In this document: positions 10,721 through 19,972 of the stretch, piece by piece
Position numbering within the stretch: position 1 is the stretch's first letter
Layout of the letters: the number at the start of each line of letters is the position of its first letter
Source: an uncultured virus (IMG/VR IMGVR_UViG_3300028377_000002)
Taxonomy: Duplodnaviria; Heunggongvirae; Uroviricota; Caudoviricetes
DNA length: 64,000 nt
IMG/VR virus record: IMGVR_UViG_3300028377_000002
Reading direction: 5' to 3' (one strand)
Made by a program: the position numbers and the translations under genes
The notes under the pieces: generated by a model
The model's input: only the letters and a program-made list of their open reading frames with translations
What the model was told of the DNA's origin: nothing
Databases searched by the model: none

Positions 10721-11836
10721 AAATTCATCATAACCTAAATCATTATAAAAATCATCATCGTTAAATTCAGCACTAAAACCATAAGATGTATTTTTAAAAG
10801 GTTTGATGTCAATTAACTTGGCGCCAGAACCAGTATTTTTTAAAGTGATTTCTTTTTCATGTGGATATTGCATGTTATGTTTTAAGGTTGCAAATTCATC
10901 GATTTCATTCTTGCTAACTTTAACTGTGAGTATAAAAGGTTCTCCCTTAGCATTTGAATGGGCTTCCACGTAATGAGAATTATCTAAGTCTTTTTTATTT
11001 AAAACATAATGTGAACCTAATTCTTTATCTCTTAAATCAGATTTTTTTTCTAAAAATACTACACGGTATAAAGTTAAGTTGCTAGGTAATTTTCTTAAAG
11101 TATCTATTAGTTTTTTAAGATACATTTCACTCATTTCAGAATCATCATAAGCACTGTACTTTAATAATTCTTTAATGTTATTATTCTCCTTTACCATACC
11201 TACTTCATACTCGTCATCACCAGCACCATTAGTATTGGTATGTCTGTATGTAAGGTCTTCTTTAACGTTAACCTTTTCAATGAATTTAATAGCATTTGGA
11301 TTAAATATAATAATGTGCTTTTCATCAACCCAATCACTAGGTGGATTAACAATAACACCATCGATACCAACCTTAGTCATACCTCTAACATAACCTAAAC
11401 CATCGTACATGTACCATCCATTTTGAATCCTCATAAAAGCGTCAGCTTCATTAGGTTGGTCAAGAGCATCCTCAAGAGCCACCATAAGTCCTGTTTCAGG
11501 GTCTGGGTGATAATTTTGTGCCTCTAATTCCCACTCGTCCTCATCACTTAATTTCATAAGGTTAATTAATTTGTCGGGGTCCGCATCACTTGTAGGGTTG
11601 TCTTCACTAATAAAATTACCAGATAATTCTACTTTATAGACATTATTACCAAACATCCTAGCATTCTCATAACTAGTGGCAAAGTAAATACCAGCTCCAT
11701 GGTGTTGAATATTTTTATCTCCAACTAAAAAGCTGTCAGAAAACCTATCTATATTATGGTCTGTCCCATGATAGGCTATAATTTTAGTTTGAATAGATTC
11801 TCTTAAAACCTCTTCATATATTTTAGTTAATTTCAT
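10715..11836 (-). CDS. Putative ADP-ribosyltransferase-like protein, two ART-like domains
   Basis: AYHGT...GAGIYFATSY...IIIFNP domain then LYRV...GSHY...EKEITL (R-S-ExE) domain. Confidence 0.55.
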   Translation of the reverse strand: MKLTKIYEEVLRESIQTKIIAYHGTDHNIDRFSDSFLVGDKNIQHHGAGIYFATSYENARMFGNNVYKVELSGNFISEDNPTSDADPDKLINLMKLSDEDEWELEAQNYHPDPETGLMVALEDALDQPNEADAFMRIQNGWYMYDGLGYVRGMTKVGIDGVIVNPPSDWVDEKHIIIFNPNAIKFIEKVNVKEDLTYRHTNTNGAGDDEYEVGMVKENNNIKELLKYSAYDDSEMSEMYLKKLIDTLRKLPSNLTLYRVVFLEKKSDLRDKELGSHYVLNKKDLDNSHYVEAHSNAKGEPFILTVKVSKNEIDEFATLKHNMQYPHEKEITLKNTGSGAKLIDIKPFKNTSYGFSAEFNDDDFYNDLGYDEFS

Positions 11837-12036
11837 ATATTATAATTTATAAATCTTTGCAAGTCATTCCAACCTAAACCAGTTATACCATTATAACCTT
11901 TATTAATGTAAATTTGATTTAATTCTTCTTTGAATAAACCTATATAATTTAGATAGCCTCATCCTATTAATATGGTTACATTATAAATAGTTGCCTTTGT
12001 TGAAAAAATCTAGTATATTTGGCTGAAATGGGTTAA

Positions 12037-14007
12037 ATGATTAGAAAAGAAGAACTAACTAAAATAGGTAAAGAAATAAGAGATTTAATAAGTCTTAAAC
12101 AAAAAGAGTTAAAACTTAGTTTTATTGAAGAGACTCACACCTATTATATAGAGACACTGGAAGGTGAAATGACAAGTAAATTTCCTTCAGTATCCACTGT
12201 TATAAAACAATTTTATGAAGGTTTTCCAGAATTAGAAAAGTCTTTAGAGATGTGTGAAAACGACATACATGAACAAGATAAATTATTAAAGGAATGGAGA
12301 GCGACAGCAGATTACGCTAACTCCAAAGGTTCTAGAGTTCACTATCTTTTAGAAAAAGACTTATTAGCTCAATATGGAAGTTATAAAGATGTTAGACAAC
12401 CGATATATAATTGTGATGAGCAGCAGGTTAGTGATGGAAATGCGATGATTGATGCTGGTCATAAATTTATCAACGCTATGCACAGAAGAGGTGCGGTTTT
12501 ATTAGACACTGAAATGGTGTTAGGTAGTAACACATTAAAATACACTGGCCAACCAGATAAAGTGTGGTTAATTCACAATAAAGAAGGTGAACTGGGTTTC
12601 ATAGTTACCGATTGGAAAGGTTTACCACTAGATACACCTATTTTAACTAGTGATGGGTGGAAGACTATGGGTACATTAACAAATAATGACCAAGTTTATG
12701 ATAAGGATGGTAATTTAGTTAATATTATGAATATTTCTAAAGTTAAAAATAAGAAATGTTTAAAAATTATTTTTGATAATAATGAAGAAATTATTTCTGA
12801 TTTTGAACATAGGTGGTTAGTTTATAGGGGAAATTCTGGGGTAATTAAAGAGATGGTTATGACAACTCAAGAAATTAAAGATTACAATAATTCTTTAAGT
12901 AAGAGACAATCATATAATATATTGAAAATTAAAAATGCAAAACCATTAAACAACCCAGAAATTAAATTACCGATTGACCCTTATGTTTTAGGTCTTTGGT
13001 TAGGTGATGGTCATAGTGTTGATGCTAAAATTACACAAGCAAATGAAAAGGTATGGGAAGAGATAATAAAAAGAGGGTATACTATTGGTGATGATTTATC
13101 GCAAGGTGGTGCTGGAAAAGCTACCACTAGAACAGTATTTGATTTACAAAATAAATTACGTAAAAATTTATTGTTACAAAACAAACATATACCAGAAATT
13201 TATTTATCTAGCTCATACAATCAGCGACTAGATTTATTAAGGGGTTTAATGGATAGTGATGGTACATATAATGAAACTAGACAAAGTTTCGTTATGGAAA
13301 GTACAAGAGAAACACAGGTTGATTATTTTACTGAAATATCATCTTCATTAGGTCTTAAGGTAACTAAATCTAATTTTAATAAGAAGTTTAACGGTAAAGT
13401 AAATAAATGTTATAGAGCATCATTTGTAACAGATAATTTTAATCCATTTCTATCTAGAAACCAAGATTTAGTTTTAAACCTTAAAAAAGATAGAAGAACC
13501 TTTAGGTCTATTGTGTCAGTAGAAGAAGTTGAGTCAGTACCAACTAAGTGTATCGAAGTAGATAGTCCGAGTAGCACATTTTTATGTGGGAAATCTTTAT
13601 TGGTAACTCATAACACCAATAAAGAGAAAAACTTTGAGGTACATCATTACACAAGACCAATGCTACCTCCTTTTGAGGATGAAATGGATACTTCGTTAGC
13701 CCATTATAAAATACAATTACCTTTATATGCTAGACTAATTTTAGATATGTTAAAAGGTACTAAATATGAGGATATCAAACTATTTGGGTGTATAATTGTA
13801 CACTTAACTGCATTTGGGACCTACAAAGAAATTAGAGTACCAAAAAAATTCATTAATACTGTTATGACAATGCCACCTCTACCTAGAATTGATGAGGTTA
13901 TGAAAAAGAAAGAAGATGATATAGTAGCTGAGGAAAAGAGAATTTATAATTTAGAGAATTACGTTGAACCTAAACCTAAAGAAGGTCCATGGTGGTTAAA
14001 TTGTTAA
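12037..14007 (+). CDS. PD-(D/E)XK exonuclease containing an intein
   Basis: PSVST, GSRVH, DTE..GQPD..TDWK|TNK, YKIQLPLYA extein motifs. Confidence 0.8.
   Translation: MIRKEELTKIGKEIRDLISLKQKELKLSFIEETHTYYIETLEGEMTSKFPSVSTVIKQFYEGFPELEKSLEMCENDIHEQDKLLKEWRATADYANSKGSRVHYLLEKDLLAQYGSYKDVRQPIYNCDEQQVSDGNAMIDAGHKFINAMHRRGAVLLDTEMVLGSNTLKYTGQPDKVWLIHNKEGELGFIVTDWKGLPLDTPILTSDGWKTMGTLTNNDQVYDKDGNLVNIMNISKVKNKKCLKIIFDNNEEIISDFEHRWLVYRGNSGVIKEMVMTTQEIKDYNNSLSKRQSYNILKIKNAKPLNNPEIKLPIDPYVLGLWLGDGHSVDAKITQANEKVWEEIIKRGYTIGDDLSQGGAGKATTRTVFDLQNKLRKNLLLQNKHIPEIYLSSSYNQRLDLLRGLMDSDGTYNETRQSFVMESTRETQVDYFTEISSSLGLKVTKSNFNKKFNGKVNKCYRASFVTDNFNPFLSRNQDLVLNLKKDRRTFRSIVSVEEVESVPTKCIEVDSPSSTFLCGKSLLVTHNTNKEKNFEVHHYTRPMLPPFEDEMDTSLAHYKIQLPLYARLILDMLKGTKYEDIKLFGCIIVHLTAFGTYKEIRVPKKFINTVMTMPPLPRIDEVMKKKEDDIVAEEKRIYNLENYVEPKPKEGPWWLNC
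12619..13614 (+). mobile_element. Class 3 intein with LAGLIDADG homing endonuclease (332 aa)
   Basis: Starts GLPLDTPILT, block B EHRW, LGLWLGDG and LRGLMDSDG, block F TKCIEVD, ends LVTHN with +1 Thr. Confidence 0.88.
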
Positions 14008-14016
14008 AGATAAAAT

Positions 14017-14331
14017 ATGAAAATAGAAGTTTTAAAATCAAAGATTACAGGTAGGGTATTAAACAGTTCACTAAATAACATGGGAGTTATAAACCTAAGT
14101 TACGAATTGATGGATGAGGCCAATTTAATTGACCATGAAAGAGTTGTGGTCATCAATGAAAGTACTGGGCAACAACATTTTTTATTTGTTGAAGGTATTG
14201 ATGAAGAATATGATGCAATAACATTACCAGATATAATAGGATGTACTGGTCAAAAAGTGACGATTAATTCTATCGGTTCAGTTACAGTCGATGAATTTAC
14301 CGTAAATCCTATTATAATTAATTTAATATAG
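14017..14331 (+). CDS. Aspartate 1-decarboxylase (PanD)-like protein, divergent
   Basis: MxxEVLKSKI...LMDEANL..ERVVVIN..TG matches PanD N-terminus; GS cleavage dyad absent. Confidence 0.6.
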   Translation: MKIEVLKSKITGRVLNSSLNNMGVINLSYELMDEANLIDHERVVVINESTGQQHFLFVEGIDEEYDAITLPDIIGCTGQKVTINSIGSVTVDEFTVNPIIINLI

Positions 14332-14493
14332 AAAGTATGATAAAAAAGATAATACATATTGTAAAGACATTTAACTATTCAAAATTAATTGATATTTAAT
14401 ATACTTTCTTCACTCTATGTTATTCATGTTAATAATATAAGGAAACTTGCTAAAGTTAGATAAAAATAGTACATTTGATGTAAAATAAAACTT

Positions 14494-15177
14494 ATGATTA
14501 AATCCGTGATACATTTAGCTGACGTTCATATTAGAACATATAGGATGCATGACGAGTATAAAGAGATATTCCAAACATTCATTGATGAAATAACTGAGTA
14601 CTGTAAAGATTATAAACACGAAGAAATTCGCATAGCAATAGTGGGCGACTTGGTACATCAAAAAATAACGATATCAAATGAACAACTAATACTTAGCACG
14701 TGGTTCCTGAGAGAACTATCAAAGGTCGGTAAAGTTGTTATTATAGCTGGTAACCATGATTTACTAGAGAATAATAAAGATAGAGTTGATAGTATATCAC
14801 CTATGATTGAATTGTTAGACAATCCACACATAGCATACTACCAAGAAAGTACCTGTTATTTAGACGACAATGTTGTGTGGTGTAATTATTCAATATTTGA
14901 GGGTAATGAAAGACCTGATATTGAAGAGGGTAGGGCCAAGCATGGTGATGATAAAACTTACATTGGATTATACCACGCCCCTATAGCTGGGGCATCTACA
15001 GATGTAGGATATATATTTGATGACAATCACACCCAATTAAACCATTTCGATGGTTGTGATATGGTACTACTTGGTGATATACACAAAAGAAGTTGTTTTT
15101 ATAACGTTGAAAGAAAAGAAATTGATGAAACAGAATTAGAAATTTATAAAAAAAATGGTTGGGTTATCGATGAATAG
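14494..15177 (+). CDS. gp47/SbcD/Mre11-like nuclease, N-terminal fragment
   Basis: LADVH, GDLVH, AGNHD, GLYH, LGDIHK motifs. Confidence 0.85.
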   Translation: MIKSVIHLADVHIRTYRMHDEYKEIFQTFIDEITEYCKDYKHEEIRIAIVGDLVHQKITISNEQLILSTWFLRELSKVGKVVIIAGNHDLLENNKDRVDSISPMIELLDNPHIAYYQESTCYLDDNVVWCNYSIFEGNERPDIEEGRAKHGDDKTYIGLYHAPIAGASTDVGYIFDDNHTQLNHFDGCDMVLLGDIHKRSCFYNVERKEIDETELEIYKKNGWVIDE

Positions 15178-15186
15178 CTTCTTTTC

Positions 15187-15227
15187 AATTTTGTTGTATT
15201 ATTAATAAATAATAATACAACAAAATT
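15187..15227. repeat. Perfect 18-bp inverted repeat just upstream of ATG 15234
   Basis: AATTTTGTTGTATTATTA-ataaa-TAATAATACAACAAAATT. Confidence 0.85.
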
Positions 15228-15233
15228 TTAGAT

Positions 15234-15554
15234 ATGCGTAAAAAATGTGAAAAGTGTGGTAATGAATATAACGCTAAACGAAAGGTGCAAAAATATTGCA
15301 CTAGAGAATGTCAATATAATAGCTATAAAATGAAAAAAATTAAAATAAAAAAAATAATCCCAATGTGTTTTAGTAGTTCATTAATTCAACAAAATTTTGG
15401 TGAATCGATTAAAAGTCACGGTTACTTAATATGGGACGTTGAAACAAGAACGTACATTGAGAAAGATGTTGAGAATAGATACGGGTTTTATCAATTTAAG
15501 ATAAAATCACTTGATGAATTAGAAGAAGGTACTGAAACATTAACTAATGGGTAA
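15234..15554 (+). CDS. gp47/SbcD-like nuclease C-terminal fragment with N-terminal zinc-ribbon
   Basis: CEKC...YCTREC then FSSSLIQQNFGE..HGYLIWD (the YxGS..Q..FGE motif of SbcD/gp47). Confidence 0.75.
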   Translation: MRKKCEKCGNEYNAKRKVQKYCTRECQYNSYKMKKIKIKKIIPMCFSSSLIQQNFGESIKSHGYLIWDVETRTYIEKDVENRYGFYQFKIKSLDELEEGTETLTNG

Positions 15555-16062
15555 GAGACTCATAAATAAAGAGCTATTCGACGAAATAGTGGCCTACTGT
15601 AGGCTTAATGAAGAGGACGTGGGTAAGACACTAAATGAGGCGCTAAAGAGCGGCTTCACGATATTACAATATGGAATGACACCTAGTGGTCCAAAAGTAA
15701 GAGAAGAGCCAGTAGAGAAGACTGTAGAGGTTATAAAAGAGGTACCAGTAGAAAAAATAGTTGAGAAAAGGGTTGAAGTACCTGTAGAAAAAATAGTAGA
15801 GGTGCCTGTCGAAAAAAATGTTAGTATAAATGTAGACGGCAATAACATGAGTTATCTAGAATACATAGATAAGTTGAGTGACGATAAGGCCACGTTGGAA
15901 GTTGAGAATAAAAAGAAAGAAAGTCTCATAAACGATTATAAGTCTCAGGTAGATGAAATCAGTAAAGGTTTGTCATCCTGTAAGAATAAAAACGATATAT
16001 TAAGTAAGGAATTAAAAGAGTGTAAAAATAAAGGTGGATATGATATCTACGGTGAAAGATAA
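15547..16062 (+). CDS. Hypothetical protein with VEKIVEVP repeats and coiled coil
   Basis: PVEK(T/I)VE repeated ~4 times. Confidence 0.65.
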   Translation: MGKRLINKELFDEIVAYCRLNEEDVGKTLNEALKSGFTILQYGMTPSGPKVREEPVEKTVEVIKEVPVEKIVEKRVEVPVEKIVEVPVEKNVSINVDGNNMSYLEYIDKLSDDKATLEVENKKKESLINDYKSQVDEISKGLSSCKNKNDILSKELKECKNKGGYDIYGER

Positions 16063-16651
16063 AAAGAATACAATGAGTGATAATGTAACAATACCAGAGT
16101 ACGCAAAAGTTAAAGTATATTGGGATGATAGACCAGAAAACTATTCTAGACAGAATAAACTAAAAGTAAGAGATTACTTCAGTAAAAAGTATGGTATCAC
16201 TAAAGCCAATATTAATGTGATTTACCGACCTGTTAAAATAGGTAAGGGTGGTGAAGTCATTGAAATTAGTGGCGCTGGTGTCGATAATATTCTTGACAGA
16301 AATTACCAAGTAGAATTGATGAAAGAATGGTGTAAGCGTGAGGAAAAAGATGTTGATTTCAAAAGAATATTAGATTTAGATAAAAAAGTTAATGCATCTT
16401 TGGGTGATAGTGATGTCTCTGTAGAAAACCATAGGTCATGGAGTTTAAAGTGGTTATACATAGATAACTTCTTATCCTTTGGTGATAAGAACTTTGCTTC
16501 ATTCAGTAGGTTGAATGGACTCAATGTTGTCAATTCAGAACCACCTAATCAAGGTGGTAAATGCTTAAGAGCTGACTCTAAGATAGTTATAAAATACGAT
16601 TTAGATGAAATAGAGAAAAAATTGGGTTTCATACCTGAAGAATTAAAATAA
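16034..16651 (+). CDS. gp46/SbcC ATPase N-extein plus 29-aa split intein N-fragment (true start may be ATG 16073)
   Basis: IDNFLSFG, Walker A NQGGK followed by CLRADSKIVI (16562-16648). Confidence 0.82.
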   Translation: MDMISTVKDKKNTMSDNVTIPEYAKVKVYWDDRPENYSRQNKLKVRDYFSKKYGITKANINVIYRPVKIGKGGEVIEISGAGVDNILDRNYQVELMKEWCKREEKDVDFKRILDLDKKVNASLGDSDVSVENHRSWSLKWLYIDNFLSFGDKNFASFSRLNGLNVVNSEPPNQGGKCLRADSKIVIKYDLDEIEKKLGFIPEELK

Positions 16652-16790
16652 TGTGGACCCTAGTGTAATCATTAAAAGATTAAAAACAAATTAGATATTA
16701 CCAATAAAGAGGGTTTTATATATTTTGGGGTCAGAATATAGATTAGGAAATAAACAAAAAGTTATAGATAAGTGTAAAAAAATTTAAATT

Positions 16791-17213
16791 ATGAAAAAAA
16801 CTAAAATTGAAATTAATGAAATGGGAAGTGGCATTTATTTATACACCCAAGATAGTTATCCTGATATTAAATATTTAGTCATGGTAAGTGGGTGTTCACC
16901 GTTTTTACAAATTGAAAATGTTTTCAATTTATCAGATAATCGCATAGTATCGAAAGATAAATTAAGGGGTAATAAATTCACAATAGAAAAGATAAATTTT
17001 AATGAAGTTAGTAAAATAAATAAAAATACTAGATTAGAGGTTAAAATTGATATAAACACACCTTTCCATAGACATTTGAGGGGTAGTAATGGGACAGTTG
17101 AAAGTTTTAGTAAAAATTATGGAGTTACACCAGAATATTTCATCAAATGTTGGAATGAAAGAGGTGGTGAAAACATAATCCAAGAATTTTTTAAATTACA
17201 AGAAATATTATGA
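16791..17213 (+). CDS. Hypothetical protein between the split-intein halves
   Basis: 140 aa ORF overlapping next start (ATGA). Confidence 0.6.
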   Translation: MKKTKIEINEMGSGIYLYTQDSYPDIKYLVMVSGCSPFLQIENVFNLSDNRIVSKDKLRGNKFTIEKINFNEVSKINKNTRLEVKIDINTPFHRHLRGSNGTVESFSKNYGVTPEYFIKCWNERGGENIIQEFFKLQEIL

Positions 17214-19447
17214 TTAAAGAAATTGAGATAGGTAAATTAAATGATATTTTTGAAAAATATGGTGATTTGGGGTTTCAAGTTGACACACCATATGGTTTTC
17301 ACGATATTGAATGGTGCGGTATAACTGAAGAAAATGCCGAGGTATATAAATGTGAATTAGAAAATGGTGCGTATGTTGAAGGTGCTGATTATCATAGATT
17401 AAAAAAAGAGGATGGTGATTTCACAGTTTTAAAGAATATTGAAATAGGAACTCCTATCCAAGTTAGAGATGGAATTTCAAATGTTAAGTCAATTAAGTTG
17501 TTAGATGAGCGAGATACTTTATATGATGTACAAGTATCTGAAGTTCATCAATATTACTCAAATGATATTGTATCTCATAACACGGTTTTCACTGTAGATG
17601 CGATTAAATTCTTATTATTTGGTAAAACTACTAAAACCGATAAGAACGAACAAATATTCAATACATTTACTGACAAGGACGAATTAACTGTTAGAGGTAT
17701 GATTGAGGTCGAAGGTAATGAAATGATTATTGAGCGTAAATTAAATAGACGACCAAAAAGAGGTGGTAAAGGTTGGAACACAACAAATAAAGTAAATTAC
17801 TACGAATTACTACCTGATGGTGAGGAGGTGTTATTGAATGACGAAGACGCTAAGAAAACTGGACAGGTAATTCAGAATAATATTGGTAGTGAAAAAGATT
17901 TTGATATAACCATTCTAACTACTGCTAGGAACTTAGAAGACTTAATCGATGCTAAACCAACTGAGAGTGGTAGGTTACTGACTAGATTCATTGGATTAGA
18001 GCTTATAGAAGCCAAAGAGCAAATAGCTAAAGATATGAACTCTGAATTTAACAAACTAAAAAAAGGTAATCATTACGATGTAACTACTTTACTTAACGAT
18101 AATGAAACTCTTGAGGAAAATATAGGTTTATATGAAAAAGAGGTCGTAGAGTATACTAAAAAACTGGATGCTTCTGAAAAAACAATACAAAGGTTAGAGG
18201 ATGAAAAAGAAAGGTTAATAAATAGTAAATTAAAAATAGATTCTGAAGTATCAGACTTAAACCCTGAAAAGTTAGAAGGTGATATTGACACAATAACTAA
18301 GAAAGGTGTTACCTACAAAAATAAAATTGAAGAGTTTAAGACTAAGATTGCTGAAATCAAAGATGTTAATTACGACGAATATAAATATGATAAACTAACT
18401 AAGGAAGATAGAGATATATCAATAAAGATAGGGTCTTACAAGAATGACATCATGTCATTTGGCAAGATGATTGATAACCTTAGAGACAGTGAAATCTGTG
18501 AGACGTGTAAAAGACCTTTAGATGATGTTGACAACTCGGAAACAATAAAGGAATATGAAGAAAAGATAGAGTCATTGAAAAATGATTTAACTAAAAAAGA
18601 AAATAAGTTAGCAAGGGTTCAGAAATCGATAACTAAAATTAAGGAGAATAGAGATGTCGTTGATAGAAGAGACAGGTTAGAATTAGAGTGCGACAAAGCT
18701 GAAGTCGAAATAGGGGCGTTAAGAAATAAGATAGTTTCTAAAAAAGCAGATTTGAAAAAATATAAAAGTAATGAGGATGCTATTAAAACTAACATTACAA
18801 TAGAATCTAATGTCTCAGCAGTAAAAACTAATTTAGTCGTTGAAAATAACACTAAATCAGAAATCAACCAGAACATATTCACTACTAAGCAAAACATCAA
18901 ATCAGCTAAGGAGGAGTTAACTAAAAACCTTAAAATGATTAAGACCTTAAAACGTGAAGAGGAAGTAGAAAAAATATTCAAAATATATCTTCAGTTGGTT
19001 GGTAAAAAGGGTATTAGTAAGTTAGTGTTGAGGTCAGTACTACCAATAATAAATTCAGAGATACAAAGGTTGTTAGATGATGTATGTGACTTTGAGGTGG
19101 AATTAGTTATGACAAATAAAAATGATGTTGAGTATCATATCATTAAAAATGATGTAACTAAGTTATTAAAGTCTGGTAGTGGCCTAGAGAGAACGATATC
19201 AAGCTTAGCTCTTAGATGTGTGTTAAGTAAAATATCTCATTTACCAAAGCCTAACTTCATAACCTTTGATGAGGTACTAGGTAAACTAGCGGCAGATAAC
19301 ATAGAAAAAGTGAGACCTATGTTTGAAAAAATTAAAGGTATGTTTGATATTGTATTCTTCATAACCCACAATGATTTAGTTAAGGATTGGTCAGATAAAG
19401 TTATTACAGTTAAAAAGGTTGATAACATATCATCTATAAAACTATAA
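17210..19447 (+). CDS. Split intein C-fragment (124 aa) plus gp46/SbcC C-extein
   Basis: ADYHRL block B, LYDVQV..HQYYSNDIVSHN|T; CETC zinc hook, SGLE signature, FITFDE Walker B, FITH. Confidence 0.88.
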   Translation: MIKEIEIGKLNDIFEKYGDLGFQVDTPYGFHDIEWCGITEENAEVYKCELENGAYVEGADYHRLKKEDGDFTVLKNIEIGTPIQVRDGISNVKSIKLLDERDTLYDVQVSEVHQYYSNDIVSHNTVFTVDAIKFLLFGKTTKTDKNEQIFNTFTDKDELTVRGMIEVEGNEMIIERKLNRRPKRGGKGWNTTNKVNYYELLPDGEEVLLNDEDAKKTGQVIQNNIGSEKDFDITILTTARNLEDLIDAKPTESGRLLTRFIGLELIEAKEQIAKDMNSEFNKLKKGNHYDVTTLLNDNETLEENIGLYEKEVVEYTKKLDASEKTIQRLEDEKERLINSKLKIDSEVSDLNPEKLEGDIDTITKKGVTYKNKIEEFKTKIAEIKDVNYDEYKYDKLTKEDRDISIKIGSYKNDIMSFGKMIDNLRDSEICETCKRPLDDVDNSETIKEYEEKIESLKNDLTKKENKLARVQKSITKIKENRDVVDRRDRLELECDKAEVEIGALRNKIVSKKADLKKYKSNEDAIKTNITIESNVSAVKTNLVVENNTKSEINQNIFTTKQNIKSAKEELTKNLKMIKTLKREEEVEKIFKIYLQLVGKKGISKLVLRSVLPIINSEIQRLLDDVCDFEVELVMTNKNDVEYHIIKNDVTKLLKSGSGLERTISSLALRCVLSKISHLPKPNFITFDEVLGKLAADNIEKVRPMFEKIKGMFDIVFFITHNDLVKDWSDKVITVKKVDNISSIKL

Positions 19448-19496
19448 TACTTGTTTTTAGTAGCAAAATATAGTATCTTAGTGCAAAACAAGATAA

Positions 19497-19964
19497 ATGA
19501 TGGATGTGAAAACATTTTGTATTATTGCAATGGATAATATTAAAGGTTTAAGTGATGATTTAGATAATATATCAGTAGAGCCTGTAAAGGTTTTAAAGGG
19601 TCGCAAAGACACAGCGTTGGTAGCGACCTTTAAAACTGAGTTAGATATTAGTAGAGTGAAAGAAATATTAAATATAGGTAATAGAAGTTTTTTTATATCA
19701 GAAATGAATAATAAAACCTTTACCGCTCACATTGACGATAGAGAAATACATAACGTAATGTTCAACGAACTGGACGTAGAAAATCAAAAGGGTTACGAAG
19801 ATGAAAATGAAAAAAAAGTAACTTTAAAAGATTCTTACGATGAAAAAGAGTTATCATCATTAGATGATAAAGAAAGGAGTTTATTAATGGATAAATTATT
19901 AAATAACATTAATGAACTTACAGTTAACCAAAAGGAAGCTTTAAGCTTTCTTGCAACCTTATAA
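19497..19964 (+). CDS. Hypothetical protein
   Basis: ORF only. Confidence 0.6.
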   Translation: MMDVKTFCIIAMDNIKGLSDDLDNISVEPVKVLKGRKDTALVATFKTELDISRVKEILNIGNRSFFISEMNNKTFTAHIDDREIHNVMFNELDVENQKGYEDENEKKVTLKDSYDEKELSSLDDKERSLLMDKLLNNINELTVNQKEALSFLATL

Positions 19965-19972
19965 GAAAATGA

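Noticed and set aside
15175..15234. Amber read-through joining the two gp47 parts
   Set aside because: The ORFs are in different frames and the read-through frame meets another TAG then TGA without reaching the SLIQQNFGE motif.
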